DNA of 64,000 nt from a virus: IMG/VR virus record IMGVR_UViG_3300045988_121434, positions 32,336 to 96,335 of that record, one strand, 5' to 3'. A model generated the notes under the pieces. That model ran no database searches. It was given only the letters and a program-made list of their open reading frames with translations, and was not told where the DNA came from. The number at the start of each line of letters is the position of its first letter. The stretch's first letter is position 1. The position numbers and the translations under genes were made by a program. Of this stretch, positions 1-7,867 are shown in pieces.

Positions 1-1
1 T

Positions 2-550
2 GGCTATGGCAAAGGCAACGGCTGTGGCAATGGCTATGGCGATGGCAGTGGCAATGGCAAAGGCGATGGCTGTGGCGGCGTGAAAGAAATCAATGGGCAC
101 GCGGTGTATGTGATTGACAACACGAGAACCATTATAACCTCCACCCATGGCAATGTAGCGCAAGGCTTCATCCTTGAACATAACACGAAATTGGTGCCGT
201 GCTATATTGCCAAGGATAATAATCACTTCGCTCACGGGAAAACATTGCGTGAAGCTTTCGCGTCCCTTCAAGAGAAGCTCTACGACGACAGCACCGAGGA
301 AGAAAGAATACGGGCGTTCAAACGAAAGTTCCCCTCTTACGACACGAAGTACAGCAATCAAGACCTGTTCGTTTACCATCATGTGCTCACGGGCAGTTGC
401 CGCATGGGCAGGGAGTCGTTCGCGAATAGCAGGGGCATCTCGCTTAGCGACAAGACCACCGTCCGAGAGTTCGTCCAGCTCACCAAGGACGCTTACGGTA
501 GCGATATAATCAAAAAGCTGCCAAAGGCTTATGGTCTATCTTGTCTATGA
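2..550 (+). CDS. Hypothetical phage protein, 5'-partial, with N-terminal (Gly-X)n repeat
   Basis: The frame is open from the window edge. nt 2-79 read GYGKGNGCGNGYGDGSGNGKGDGCGG in frame with the tracked ORF (GTG at 80), so the gene probably starts upstream of the window. Confidence 0.5.
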   Translation, partial: GYGKGNGCGNGYGDGSGNGKGDGCGGVKEINGHAVYVIDNTRTIITSTHGNVAQGFILEHNTKLVPCYIAKDNNHFAHGKTLREAFASLQEKLYDDSTEEERIRAFKRKFPSYDTKYSNQDLFVYHHVLTGSCRMGRESFANSRGISLSDKTTVREFVQLTKDAYGSDIIKKLPKAYGLSCL

Positions 551-598
551 TAGTCTATCACATCCATAAAGTCTATTTAGTTTATAACAAAAAAGAAA

Positions 599-835
599 AT
601 GGAAATATCCGACGACATACAGTTAGGCACGCGCATCACCTTGCAGGTCTCCGAGGGAGGCTGCGACGATTGCTTCTTCGCCAAGCTTGACTACGACCTC
701 CGCGTAGATTGCTGCTACCGCATAAAATGCCAGGCCACGCGTCGCAATGATAAAAAAAACGTGGCATTCAAATTGGTCGAGGGCAGTGCCACCGAGCCCA
801 ACATGCCCATTGAACATAAAAAAACAAAGCCATGA
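599..835 (+). CDS. Hypothetical small Cys-rich phage protein
   Basis: 78-codon ORF, tightly packed, with an ATGA stop/start overlap to the next ORF. No recognisable motif. Confidence 0.45.
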   Translation: MEISDDIQLGTRITLQVSEGGCDDCFFAKLDYDLRVDCCYRIKCQATRRNDKKNVAFKLVEGSATEPNMPIEHKKTKP

Positions 836-1071
836 ACAGTAAAAAGCACAATAATAGGGAACAGGCGATACAAGGGTTCTTGAGGGACTTATGGCATCCC
901 GCCAATGAGCAACCGAAACATTCCAAGTGGATTATGACACAGTTTCTCGACGATGACAATGATATTGCCTTTGAGATAGACATTGCCGGGCCTCTTATAG
1001 AGTGGAGGGAATATGTCAAGAAGTACAGAATCGTAAAGTGGCTATATGTCGATGACATCTTGCCACAGTAA
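832..1071 (+). CDS. Hypothetical phage protein
   Basis: 79-codon ORF, translationally coupled (ATGA) to the upstream ORF. Confidence 0.45.
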   Translation: MNSKKHNNREQAIQGFLRDLWHPANEQPKHSKWIMTQFLDDDNDIAFEIDIAGPLIEWREYVKKYRIVKWLYVDDILPQ

Positions 1072-1115
1072 GGAGATAAGAAGTTTAACGCCTTCGGGCA
1101 TAAATGTAAACAATT

Positions 1116-1775
1116 ATGGCATGGTTAGCGGTAGACAAGGACGGTACGGAAAAAGTTTTCGATGTACGGCCGTTTAGAGGCAACACGCAGGAAGACAAAG
1201 ACCACGTGTGGGGGTTGTATGCTGGGGAAGAATACGATAGGTGGTATCCTCAACATGACGAACGCGAGGATGACACAGGCTATGCTTATTACCGTGGCTA
1301 CTCGGTAGAGCTGCCCCACGGTACGATAGGCACGCTTATCGGGAAAAAGCTGTCATGGGCGGATGAACCCGTAGAACTTAAGGAAAAAGCCACAGGCAAC
1401 AACAAGGTACAATATCAAAAGTGGTTTTGGAGCGACCACATACTCATAACTGATAGCATCAACAACGCATCCGTGCAGGTAGCCGTGTTCAACCAGCAGG
1501 AGCTAAAAGACGAATATCACGCGGACGCCCTTATTTACGCCCTTTACGTTGACGAATCCTGCCGCAAGCGCGGCATCGGCAAGGGACTTCTCGAACAGGC
1601 CGAACGGCTCGCACATGACCATCACTGCCGCGTGGTGGCTCTCGAATGGGAAGAACAGGCAACCCCACGATGGACGCTCGAATGGTATCTTAGACAAGGC
1701 TATAAAGACACACGGTTAGGGACTGATTGCACCCTGCTTGTTAAAGACCTGCGGAAAGGAGGCAACGATGGATAG
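1116..1775 (+). CDS. GNAT-family N-acetyltransferase with unknown N-terminal domain
   Basis: The C-terminal half has the GNAT motif A (YVDESCRKRGIGKGLLEQAERLA). It is a clear paralogue of ORF 8142-8495 (HILITD..., ADAL-Y-LWV, W-L-WY-R-GY). Confidence 0.7.
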   Translation: MAWLAVDKDGTEKVFDVRPFRGNTQEDKDHVWGLYAGEEYDRWYPQHDEREDDTGYAYYRGYSVELPHGTIGTLIGKKLSWADEPVELKEKATGNNKVQYQKWFWSDHILITDSINNASVQVAVFNQQELKDEYHADALIYALYVDESCRKRGIGKGLLEQAERLAHDHHCRVVALEWEEQATPRWTLEWYLRQGYKDTRLGTDCTLLVKDLRKGGNDG

Positions 1776-2025
1776 TAACGCGTGTGATAATACCTTAGTT
1801 TTCGGTAGTTGCTACATAAGAAGCAGCATCGAAGTTCCCTCTCTGACCGCTGGAAGAGCCAAATGGAAAGCCTTTTACAGGAAGTTCCCTTGGCTCAAAG
1901 GTCAGCCTTTTTACCTCAGACGCTCATGTTACTGGGCAGGTGGCGAGAGGCATCTAAAGGCAATAAAGATTAAACTCAAAAAGATATAGTTATGGCAAAA
2001 CCTTACAGAATCAAACACAAGGCAA

Positions 2026-2235
2026 GTGGATATTGCGACGATGGACAAGATTAGCGAATTGTCATACCTCCACCTCATAGCACAGCTCGAAGAAGAAAAC
2101 AAGCTCTTGCGAGACGAGGCAAAACACCTACGCCTCACGATTAAGGATTACTTAAACAAAAAAACGCATGAAAATCAGACTGGCAAAGAAAATAATGAAC
2201 ACGAGGACAGACCGCCTTGCCCCCTATTGGTATGA
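2026..2235 (+). CDS. Hypothetical small coiled-coil protein
   Basis: 69-codon ORF with heptad-like charged sequence. Start codon uncertain. Confidence 0.3.
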   Translation: MDIATMDKISELSYLHLIAQLEEENKLLRDEAKHLRLTIKDYLNKKTHENQTGKENNEHEDRPPCPLLV

Positions 2236-2396
2236 CAGGTTGGTTGATACCTTGGTAACTCAAACAAGAATAGACCATCGAATCAAAAAGGCGGCAATGC
2301 TAATAAGCAAGTACAATTACAGAAAATTCAACAAGCAGTAAACTACCTACAGGCTAAAGACCTATGGGTTTTACGGCGCTCAATATAAATGATAAT

Positions 2397-2801
2397 ATGA
2401 GAACAATTAAATTTCGTGGCAAAGACATCTTTACTGATGCTTGGCGATATGGTGACTTGGTTCACAACCAGAAAGTAACAGCAACTGGCTTAGAGCCTCG
2501 TACAATGGTTGGTGGGTATGAGGTTGACCCAGAGACTGTTGGCAATAACACTGGACTGAAAGACAAGAACGGCAAGGAGATATATGACGGTGATATACTC
2601 GCCCACAATGGCAAGGTTATCGGTCATGTTGTTGACGGTGTGCGTGGTTACTGCTTCGATGTGGTGTATGCCAACCCTGTAAGCGAAAGCACATGGTCGT
2701 TATATGGAGTCGTTTTTTACGATTATAAAGGCGATGTAGAGATTGTAGGCTCCATCCACGATAAGGAATGGCAGGAGAAGTTGAATTTACCATCTGTATA
2801 G
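2397..2801 (+). CDS. YopX-family phage protein
   Basis: MRTIKFRGK...VDPETVGNNTGLKDKNGKEIYDGDIL matches the remembered YopX signature. I chose the ATG at 2397 inside tracked ORF 2364-2801. Confidence 0.7.
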   Translation: MRTIKFRGKDIFTDAWRYGDLVHNQKVTATGLEPRTMVGGYEVDPETVGNNTGLKDKNGKEIYDGDILAHNGKVIGHVVDGVRGYCFDVVYANPVSESTWSLYGVVFYDYKGDVEIVGSIHDKEWQEKLNLPSV

Positions 2802-2805
2802 TCCT

Positions 2806-3045
2806 ATGAAAGCAAGAATTAGAAACAAGGTTTTTCGCAATCGGTGGCGAATGAATTACACGCTTGGGCAGATATTCGAGGCTGCAAGAGGAACGACTCT
2901 TTGGATTTATCCGGGCAACGGATATATGTATCATTTGAACTACCACAACGGAAATGTATATAAAACCGCACAAGACGACTATGACCATGGTCGTTTTGTG
3001 ATGGTTAACCGTCGCCCTAAACGTAAGTCTAACCGTCGAACATAA
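2806..3045 (+). CDS. Hypothetical basic phage protein
   Basis: 79-codon ORF with a basic C-terminus, starting 5 nt after the upstream stop. Confidence 0.4.
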   Translation: MKARIRNKVFRNRWRMNYTLGQIFEAARGTTLWIYPGNGYMYHLNYHNGNVYKTAQDDYDHGRFVMVNRRPKRKSNRRT

Positions 3046-3138
3046 CAGTATTTATAGATATGAGAACAATTAAGTTTAAGGCTAAGACATTGAAGGATGG
3101 CGAATACTTTAAGACTGAAGAAGAAAAGGAGGCCGACA

Positions 3139-3600
3139 ATGATTAAAGCAGAAGACCTTAGAATAGGCGACATTGTGCAGACAAACAAAGACTGCATGTT
3201 TCCGAAAGACACATTGTGCATCGTTACCGAAATCCATCCCGACCGACAGTTTAATGACAAAAAGGGAGTCGTCAGTCTGAAGGCTGTCAACGACGAAGAC
3301 GACGGTCCCTGGGGGACATGGTGCTGCAACATCGATGGCGTGCCCATCACGCCCGAAATACTTCGCAATAATGACTTTAAGGAAGAAGTCGAAGGCAAAT
3401 ACTTCACAAGGCCAATCAAAGTCAGAGCAGGCAGTTCCCTTGCCAGATATTTGGCTGTAGAACGAAAAAAATACGCTTGGGCAATATTCATAAAGTATTA
3501 CAACGTGACAGGCTATGCACTCTTATGTCATGTAAAGTACGTTCACGAACTACGGCTCGCCCTTAAAATAGTAAAATTTAATCCGGAAATGAAAGTATAA
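3139..3600 (+). CDS. Hypothetical phage protein
   Basis: The ATG at 3139 (MIKAEDLRIGDIV...) lies inside tracked ORF 3097-3600. It overlaps the stop of a 28-codon YopX-like leader ORF (3060-3146) by ATGATTAA. Confidence 0.5.
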   Translation: MIKAEDLRIGDIVQTNKDCMFPKDTLCIVTEIHPDRQFNDKKGVVSLKAVNDEDDGPWGTWCCNIDGVPITPEILRNNDFKEEVEGKYFTRPIKVRAGSSLARYLAVERKKYAWAIFIKYYNVTGYALLCHVKYVHELRLALKIVKFNPEMKV

Positions 3601-3628
3601 TGTGGATGAATAAGTAAGTAACAAAACA

Positions 3629-3763
3629 ATGACTGACATTAAGATTTCGGTGCATCCGTTTGGCCATAAGCTCGAATGGCGAGGATGGGGGGGTAACTTC
3701 TCGCCTGCTCTACGAGCCACCGACTACAAATGCCCTCACTGTATAATGATTGAATATGACTAA
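3629..3763 (+). CDS. TRD-like mini-ORF M1 (C5-MTase target-recognition-domain-like)
   Basis: 44 codons: MTDIKISVHPFGHKLEWRGWGGNFSPALRATDYKCPHCIMIEYD*. The SPALRATDYK...IMIE segment resembles the PTLrA-DYK...lIE portion of C5-MTase TRDs. The G7 tract at 3687-3693 is in frame. The stop overlaps the next ATG (ATGACTAA). Confidence 0.55.
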   Translation: MTDIKISVHPFGHKLEWRGWGGNFSPALRATDYKCPHCIMIEYD

Positions 3764-3890
3764 GCAACACCCATTCGATGATTTTCATCAGCGCATTCAT
3801 TGGGACGGCAACTCCATCGGAACCGTTACCCAGCAATGGGGCAATCCTGCGCCGAGGCACGGATGGCGAATAATGACAGAATATGATTAA
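3756..3890 (+). CDS. TRD-like mini-ORF M2
   Basis: 44 codons: MTKQHPFDDFHQRIHWDGNSIGTVTQQWGNPAPRHGWRIMTEYD*. It has the same length and the same ...EYD* end as M1. The TRD resemblance is weaker (IGTVTQQWG). It has an 8-nt ATGATTAA overlap with M3. Confidence 0.4.
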   Translation: MTKQHPFDDFHQRIHWDGNSIGTVTQQWGNPAPRHGWRIMTEYD

Positions 3891-4212
3891 CCCTCACACG
3901 CCCCGCTACAAGCGCGGCACCATCACCAAGGACGGCAAGCTATACGGACGCTATCCCGACGGTTCGCTCTACCGCATCTACTCCACCTCTGACCGACCCT
4001 TCCTTCAGATTGTTGACCGCAAGGGCGAGACGTTCCTTCGCATACGCCAAGCCACCGAGCAGGGCTATACCGACTGCCCTTGCCCTGGTGCTGCCGACCT
4101 CAGCTATTCCTCCTCGGCTCTAAGGCGCAGCAGGACGGTTGGGGGGGGGGGTAAGCTGGTGAACGCTCTGACCGCAGCAAGCGGAGGGGCGTGCGTGTTT
4201 GTTGAATTATGA
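3883..4212 (+). CDS. TRD-like ORF M3
   Basis: 109 codons. ...IRQATEQGYTDCPCPGAADLSYSSSALRRSRTVGGGGKLVNALTAASGGACVFVEL* fits the remembered TRD pattern (GY...dl..p.S..RRGRVg....a.TLt). The G10 tract at 4141-4150 is in frame. Confidence 0.6.
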   Translation: MINPHTPRYKRGTITKDGKLYGRYPDGSLYRIYSTSDRPFLQIVDRKGETFLRIRQATEQGYTDCPCPGAADLSYSSSALRRSRTVGGGGKLVNALTAASGGACVFVEL

Positions 4213-4219
4213 CTTGAAT

Positions 4220-4396
4220 ATGCTTAGAGCAAAGGCAATATCAATAATGGTGAAAAAGGTGGAGCAGACCATGGTGTTTCAGAACATGCAAGCCAAAGGT
4301 CTGATAACGCCTCGCTCGCTTGATGGCGAATGTTTTACTCTTACGTCTGCAATGGGATTAGGGGGGGCAAACGCCTGTAATAGTAAAGGTATATGA
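4220..4396 (+). CDS. TRD-like mini-ORF M4 (non-canonical end as sequenced)
   Basis: ATG at 4220 (the track starts at TTG 4199). The sequence ...GECFTLTSAMGLGG is followed by the G7 tract at 4361-4367. As sequenced it ends NSKGI*. With G6 it would read GLGGQTPVIVKVYD* and end at TAA 4398-4400 with the canonical ATGACTAA overlap. Confidence 0.5.
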   Translation: MLRAKAISIMVKKVEQTMVFQNMQAKGLITPRSLDGECFTLTSAMGLGGANACNSKGI

Positions 4397-4524
4397 CTAA
4401 ATACGACCTCTACCAATATCCTCGTGGCTACAACGACGGAGGTAGATTAGGCACTGACGTTTGCCCGACCTTGACAATCAATTCGTGGCAGCAAAATGTA
4501 TTTCTGATTGAAGAATATGAATAA
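4393..4524 (+). CDS. TRD-like mini-ORF M5, in frame with the MTase core
   Basis: 43 codons: MTKYDLYQYPRGYNDGGRLGTDVCPTLTINSWQQNVFLIEEYE*. It has a CPTLT TRD core. It is in the same reading frame as ORF 4537-5865, separated only by TAA 4522-4524 plus 4 codons (SKDN). Confidence 0.6.
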   Translation: MTKYDLYQYPRGYNDGGRLGTDVCPTLTINSWQQNVFLIEEYE

Positions 4525-4536
4525 AGCAAAGACAAT

Positions 4537-5865
4537 ATGATCACAAAACTCAATTTCACCGACCGCACCATCAAGAGCTATGCTATCCGTAAGCTCACGC
4601 CAAAGGAGTGTTTCCGCTTGATGGGCGTTCGCGACAACGTAATCGGCACGATGCAGAGCAGCAATGCCCAAGCAGCCGAACGTTTGCCCGACTGGAAGGG
4701 CAAGGGCAAACCCGAAGACATGGCTATATCTGCCTCACAGCAGTACAAGCAAGCCGGAAACTCAATCGTGGTGGACGTGTTGGCCCACATCTACGAGCAA
4801 CTTTTCTATCCCGCACCGCCCAAGCCCCGCAAGCAGGAACAGCTCACGCTCTTCGCCGACCTTGATGACTCGCTGCCCGCCATGCCACCAACAGCCGGAG
4901 AACGTGGTAAGGAAAATCTTTTCCTCACCACGTTCTCCGGCTACGACTCGCAGCTCATGGCAGCCGACGTGCTATGCGAGTGGCATCCCGACTTCCGATG
5001 GACATGCGTAGGATGGAGCGACATCGACAAATACGCCTGTCAGATGCACAACCTCGTCTTCCCTCAGTTTGCCGACTGCGCCCTTGGCGACATCACCAAG
5101 ATTGACTGGCATGAGGTGAAACGCTCGCTCCATGGGCGCGAGGTTGACATCTTCACCTATTCCTCGCCTTGCCAGGACATCAGCCAAGCCGGAAAGCAAA
5201 TGGGACTGAAAGAGGGCAGCGACACACGAAGCGCCCTGCTTTGGCGAGTGGCAGATGCCGTGGAGGTGTTGCGCCCGAAATATCTCTTGCAGGAGAACGT
5301 GGCGGCACTGGTAAGCTCGAAGTTCATGCCCGACTTTCAGAAGTGGCTCGACAAACTCTCCTCGCTCGGCTATGTGAGCCGTTGGGCGCGACTCAACGCA
5401 AAGAACTATGGTGTGCCACAAAACCGCGATCGTGTGTTCTGCATTTCCATGCGCAAAGACGTAGCCTTCGACTATCAGTTTCCCGAACCCTTCGAGCTGC
5501 GCACCCGACTGGAGGACGTGTTGGAAAATGAGGTAGCCGACCGTTATTTCCTAAAAGACGATGCCGTGAGCAAGTTTCTCAAGGCTAACGACTCCGACAA
5601 CGCCCTATTCATGCAGTTCGACCTGCCACCGACACACGAGGCAGCGATGTTCCTCAAGACCGTGCTTCAGATATTCATGGAGCGTCACGACGGATGGGAC
5701 GAAGGCATTGAGTGGAACGAGAAGGAGCTGAGCTATCGTCGCCCAACCATCGCCCGTCTCTACGAAAAGTTCAAGGAGAACCCAAAGAAACTGGACGTGG
5801 AATATTGGCGCGGCTTTTACAAGATGTTTAAGGAGAATATGGAGAGGAATAAGGATGCGAACTGA
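4537..5865 (+). CDS. DNA (cytosine-5)-methyltransferase catalytic core, circularly permuted (IX-X-I-IV-VI-VIII), no internal TRD
   Basis: Motifs seen, in order: IRKLTPKECFRLMG (IX), QAGNSIVVDVL (X), Pro-rich linker, TTFSGYDSQ (I), SSPCQDIS (IV, PCQ), LLQENV (VI), GVPQNRDRVF (VIII). These are followed by a helical tail of about 135 aa. Confidence 0.85.
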   Translation: MITKLNFTDRTIKSYAIRKLTPKECFRLMGVRDNVIGTMQSSNAQAAERLPDWKGKGKPEDMAISASQQYKQAGNSIVVDVLAHIYEQLFYPAPPKPRKQEQLTLFADLDDSLPAMPPTAGERGKENLFLTTFSGYDSQLMAADVLCEWHPDFRWTCVGWSDIDKYACQMHNLVFPQFADCALGDITKIDWHEVKRSLHGREVDIFTYSSPCQDISQAGKQMGLKEGSDTRSALLWRVADAVEVLRPKYLLQENVAALVSSKFMPDFQKWLDKLSSLGYVSRWARLNAKNYGVPQNRDRVFCISMRKDVAFDYQFPEPFELRTRLEDVLENEVADRYFLKDDAVSKFLKANDSDNALFMQFDLPPTHEAAMFLKTVLQIFMERHDGWDEGIEWNEKELSYRRPTIARLYEKFKENPKKLDVEYWRGFYKMFKENMERNKDAN

Positions 5866-6046
5866 CAACCCACCCGACCGTGTAATCCATATCATAGCTG
5901 ATATGATTATGGGTGGCAGGTTGCTCACCTGCCCTGCCTCGATGTTCAGTGCAGAACGCTGCAACGGAGCCTTTCACGGCATAGCAATAACCATCATGTC
6001 GCGCACCGATTGCAGCGACGTGTTCTTTGTAGCAGTAGAATTATGA
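5855..6046 (+). CDS. TRD-like mini-ORF M6
   Basis: 63 codons. It overlaps the end of the core ORF by 11 nt. ...NGAFHGIAITIMSRTDCSDVFFVAVEL* has the same VEL* end as M3 and M13. The TRD resemblance is moderate. Confidence 0.45.
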   Translation: MRTDNPPDRVIHIIADMIMGGRLLTCPASMFSAERCNGAFHGIAITIMSRTDCSDVFFVAVEL

Positions 6047-6191
6047 AGAAAACCAACCCGTGTCACGCAATACAAAATGGGGGGGTACGATTGCGCCTGC
6101 AATTACTTCCCACTATTTTAAGGCTGGTGTGCGAGACTTCCTCTTTGCCCTTGCCATACCACATTGTTGTTTGATAGTAGAATATGAATAA
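6043..6191 (+). CDS. TRD-like mini-ORF M7, frameshifted at a G7 tract as sequenced
   Basis: The ATG at 6043 opens MKKTNPCHAIQNGG. After the G7 tract (6079-6085) the TRD-like sequence WGGTIAPAITSHYFKAGVRDFLFALAIPHCCLIVEYE* continues in another frame and ends at TAA 6189-6191. One extra G (G8) would fuse the two parts. As sequenced, the ATG frame stops at 6174. Confidence 0.5.
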
Positions 6192-6336
6192 CAACCCTCG
6201 CCCTATCATCCTCGGCTCTTACAGTCCCTCGCAGAACGGCATCATCGTGTCACCACACGGCATAGCCTTGTGCATAGCCGGGGGAGGTAAGGGTCACGAT
6301 GTGGATAAACCGAAAATACTGATAGAGTATGACTGA
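6184..6336 (+). CDS. TRD-like mini-ORF M8
   Basis: 50 codons: MNNNPRPIILGSYSPSQNGIIVSPHGIALCIAGGGKGHDVDKPKILIEYD*. It fits the pattern G-i-a-p-T/C-l-.-a-GGG...pKi-iE. It has 8-nt overlaps at both ends. Confidence 0.6.
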   Translation: MNNNPRPIILGSYSPSQNGIIVSPHGIALCIAGGGKGHDVDKPKILIEYD

Positions 6337-6508
6337 CAAGTATTACATTGGCTGGGTACGCAGCGGCAAGGACGGCAAGGGCCTCGTAAAGAGCAGACCG
6401 CGCAAGCAGATAGCCAATGCCGTGACGACAATGGTCGGAAGAGGTATTGCCGACCCTCGCGACGGACTCGGCAACACCACACCGCATATAGTATATGAAT
6501 TTGAGTAA
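6329..6508 (+). CDS. TRD-like mini-ORF M9
   Basis: 59 codons: ...RPRKQIANAVTTMVGRGIADPRDGLGNTTPHIVYEFE*. ANAVTT resembles the sNtLTT core. Confidence 0.5.
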   Translation: MTDKYYIGWVRSGKDGKGLVKSRPRKQIANAVTTMVGRGIADPRDGLGNTTPHIVYEFE

Positions 6509-6525
6509 CCCATAAAACAAAAAAA

Positions 6526-6906
6526 ATGGAAAAAGACAAAAACGTAGAGATAGGCCGTGCTCTCGCCAATTTTGATATGGCCTGTCGCAATTTGGTCAAC
6601 CTTGTCAACGACCAACTCTTCGAGACCTCCCGCTCACCCTACTGGGTAGCCGACGAGGTAGGAGGCATCTGCGACTTCGGCGATACCGACTTCCTCACGC
6701 CCGAAGAAATGGTGCTCATTCTCGAACACGGCGTCAGCTACGACGACTATGTAGAGTGGCGCGAAGCCAACATCAAGTATGGCGACACCAAAGGCTACAT
6801 CAAACTCAAGTCATGGCTCCGCGGATGCCGACACGACCGTGTGGAGGGTGCAAATACCAAGACAAACTGCATCGCCCCAGTCCGTGGCCGTGGAGTAATT
6901 CGATAA
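6526..6906 (+). CDS. Hypothetical protein embedded in the TRD array
   Basis: 126-codon ORF with normal composition and no MTase or TRD motif recognised. Confidence 0.5.
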   Translation: MEKDKNVEIGRALANFDMACRNLVNLVNDQLFETSRSPYWVADEVGGICDFGDTDFLTPEEMVLILEHGVSYDDYVEWREANIKYGDTKGYIKLKSWLRGCRHDRVEGANTKTNCIAPVRGRGVIR

Positions 6907-6931
6907 CAACAGTAACAAAAGACAACCTCCT

Positions 6932-7105
6932 ATGCTACACTTTCGCATAGCAGCCTTTCGAGGCCGTGACCCCGACAATCCGTCCGACCGCAAGCATCCC
7001 TCCTGCGGTCGTTTCCGTCAGCGCATGGAGATAAATGCGTTGGGTACGACCAACACGCTTACGTCAGTAGGCAAGGATAATATGGCATATATAGAGTATG
7101 AATAA
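6932..7105 (+). CDS. TRD-like mini-ORF M10
   Basis: 57 codons: MLHFRIAAFRGRDPDNPSDRKHPSCGRFRQRMEINALGTTNTLTSVGKDNMAYIEYE*. It closely follows a remembered Dcm-family TRD string (vAmRGRnPeNPsDR...eQrlE.n.dG.sNTLTSVqKDN). Confidence 0.65.
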   Translation: MLHFRIAAFRGRDPDNPSDRKHPSCGRFRQRMEINALGTTNTLTSVGKDNMAYIEYE

Positions 7106-7247
7106 TCAAACCCCATTCGTGCAACGCCTCTCTCGCCTCTGCCCACGTCGGGGGTACTCCACCGCCCTGTCCGCACGCTACGACGGATGGGCAGGGCTCT
7201 ACGACGAGCACGGACAGCACACCATTGTATTGATAGAGTATGAATAA
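7098..7247 (+). CDS. TRD-like mini-ORF M11
   Basis: 49 codons: MNNQTPFVQRLSRLCPRRGYSTALSARYDGWAGLYDEHGQHTIVLIEYE*. STALSARYDG resembles sPTLtARy.kg. Confidence 0.55.
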   Translation: MNNQTPFVQRLSRLCPRRGYSTALSARYDGWAGLYDEHGQHTIVLIEYE

Positions 7248-7380
7248 GTACATACAAAATTGTCCGTCAGGTATCTGTTGCGTTCTGACCTCTCATTACG
7301 CAAGAGAAGGATGGGCGAACATAGCAAGCAATACAACATCACAATGCAAAGCACCCACAATATTGATAGAGTATGAATAA
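7240..7380 (+). CDS. TRD-like mini-ORF M12
   Basis: 46 codons: MNKYIQNCPSGICCVLTSHYAREGWANIASNTTSQCKAPTILIEYE*. It has the 18-nt junction TTGATAGAGTATGAATAA, identical to that of M11. Confidence 0.55.
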   Translation: MNKYIQNCPSGICCVLTSHYAREGWANIASNTTSQCKAPTILIEYE

Positions 7381-7867
7381 AAATGTAACAAACCCCATAA
7401 AAACAACAGAGACAATGAAACCAGAAGAAAACAACCGTATGGAGGCACTTGCCTACATCATAGCCGACCTAAAGGCAGAGAACATAGAGCTGGTGCAGCG
7501 TGTGCATCAGCTTGTGGAGGATTACAACGACGTAGCACGTCAGTTGCGTGGAATGGAGAAGCGTAAGGACGAAGACCAGTCAAGGCAGACGCTCGGCGAA
7601 ATGATGCAGATGCGCGACCATTGCGACAAACTGGAGGTTGAAAACAACAATTTGAAGACGTGCTTGATAGCAGTCAGCTCGTTTCTGCGAGACAAAAATC
7701 TGTATATGGCTAATGGCACATTATGTTCTTATGGGTCTGGCAATCCAGAAGTATGTCCTGAGTACTGCAAAAAATGTAACTCCTACCTAAGTACTTTAAA
7801 GGATGTTGGTGTGGTTTGCAGCAGAAGACTTGCAGAAGCTTCCGTAATTTTTGCGAAGAGTAAATGA
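7373..7867 (+). CDS. Hypothetical coiled-coil protein with Cys-rich C-terminus, embedded in the TRD array
   Basis: 164-codon ORF joined to M12 by the same 8-nt overlap. It is heptad-rich in the middle and has CPEYCKKC near the C-terminus. Confidence 0.5.
   Translation: MNKNVTNPIKTTETMKPEENNRMEALAYIIADLKAENIELVQRVHQLVEDYNDVARQLRGMEKRKDEDQSRQTLGEMMQMRDHCDKLEVENNNLKTCLIAVSSFLRDKNLYMANGTLCSYGSGNPEVCPEYCKKCNSYLSTLKDVGVVCSRRLAEASVIFAKSK

Noticed and set aside
3639-3860. The tracked 73-codon minus-strand ORF, and other tracked ORFs within the TRD array (for example 6242-6520, 6294-6608 and 6343-6615, 7018-7257, 7783-8139 and 8136-8624 on the minus strand).
   Set aside because: They run antisense to the regularly spaced plus-strand mini-ORFs. 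They lack the conserved start and stop geometry and have no recognisable motifs.
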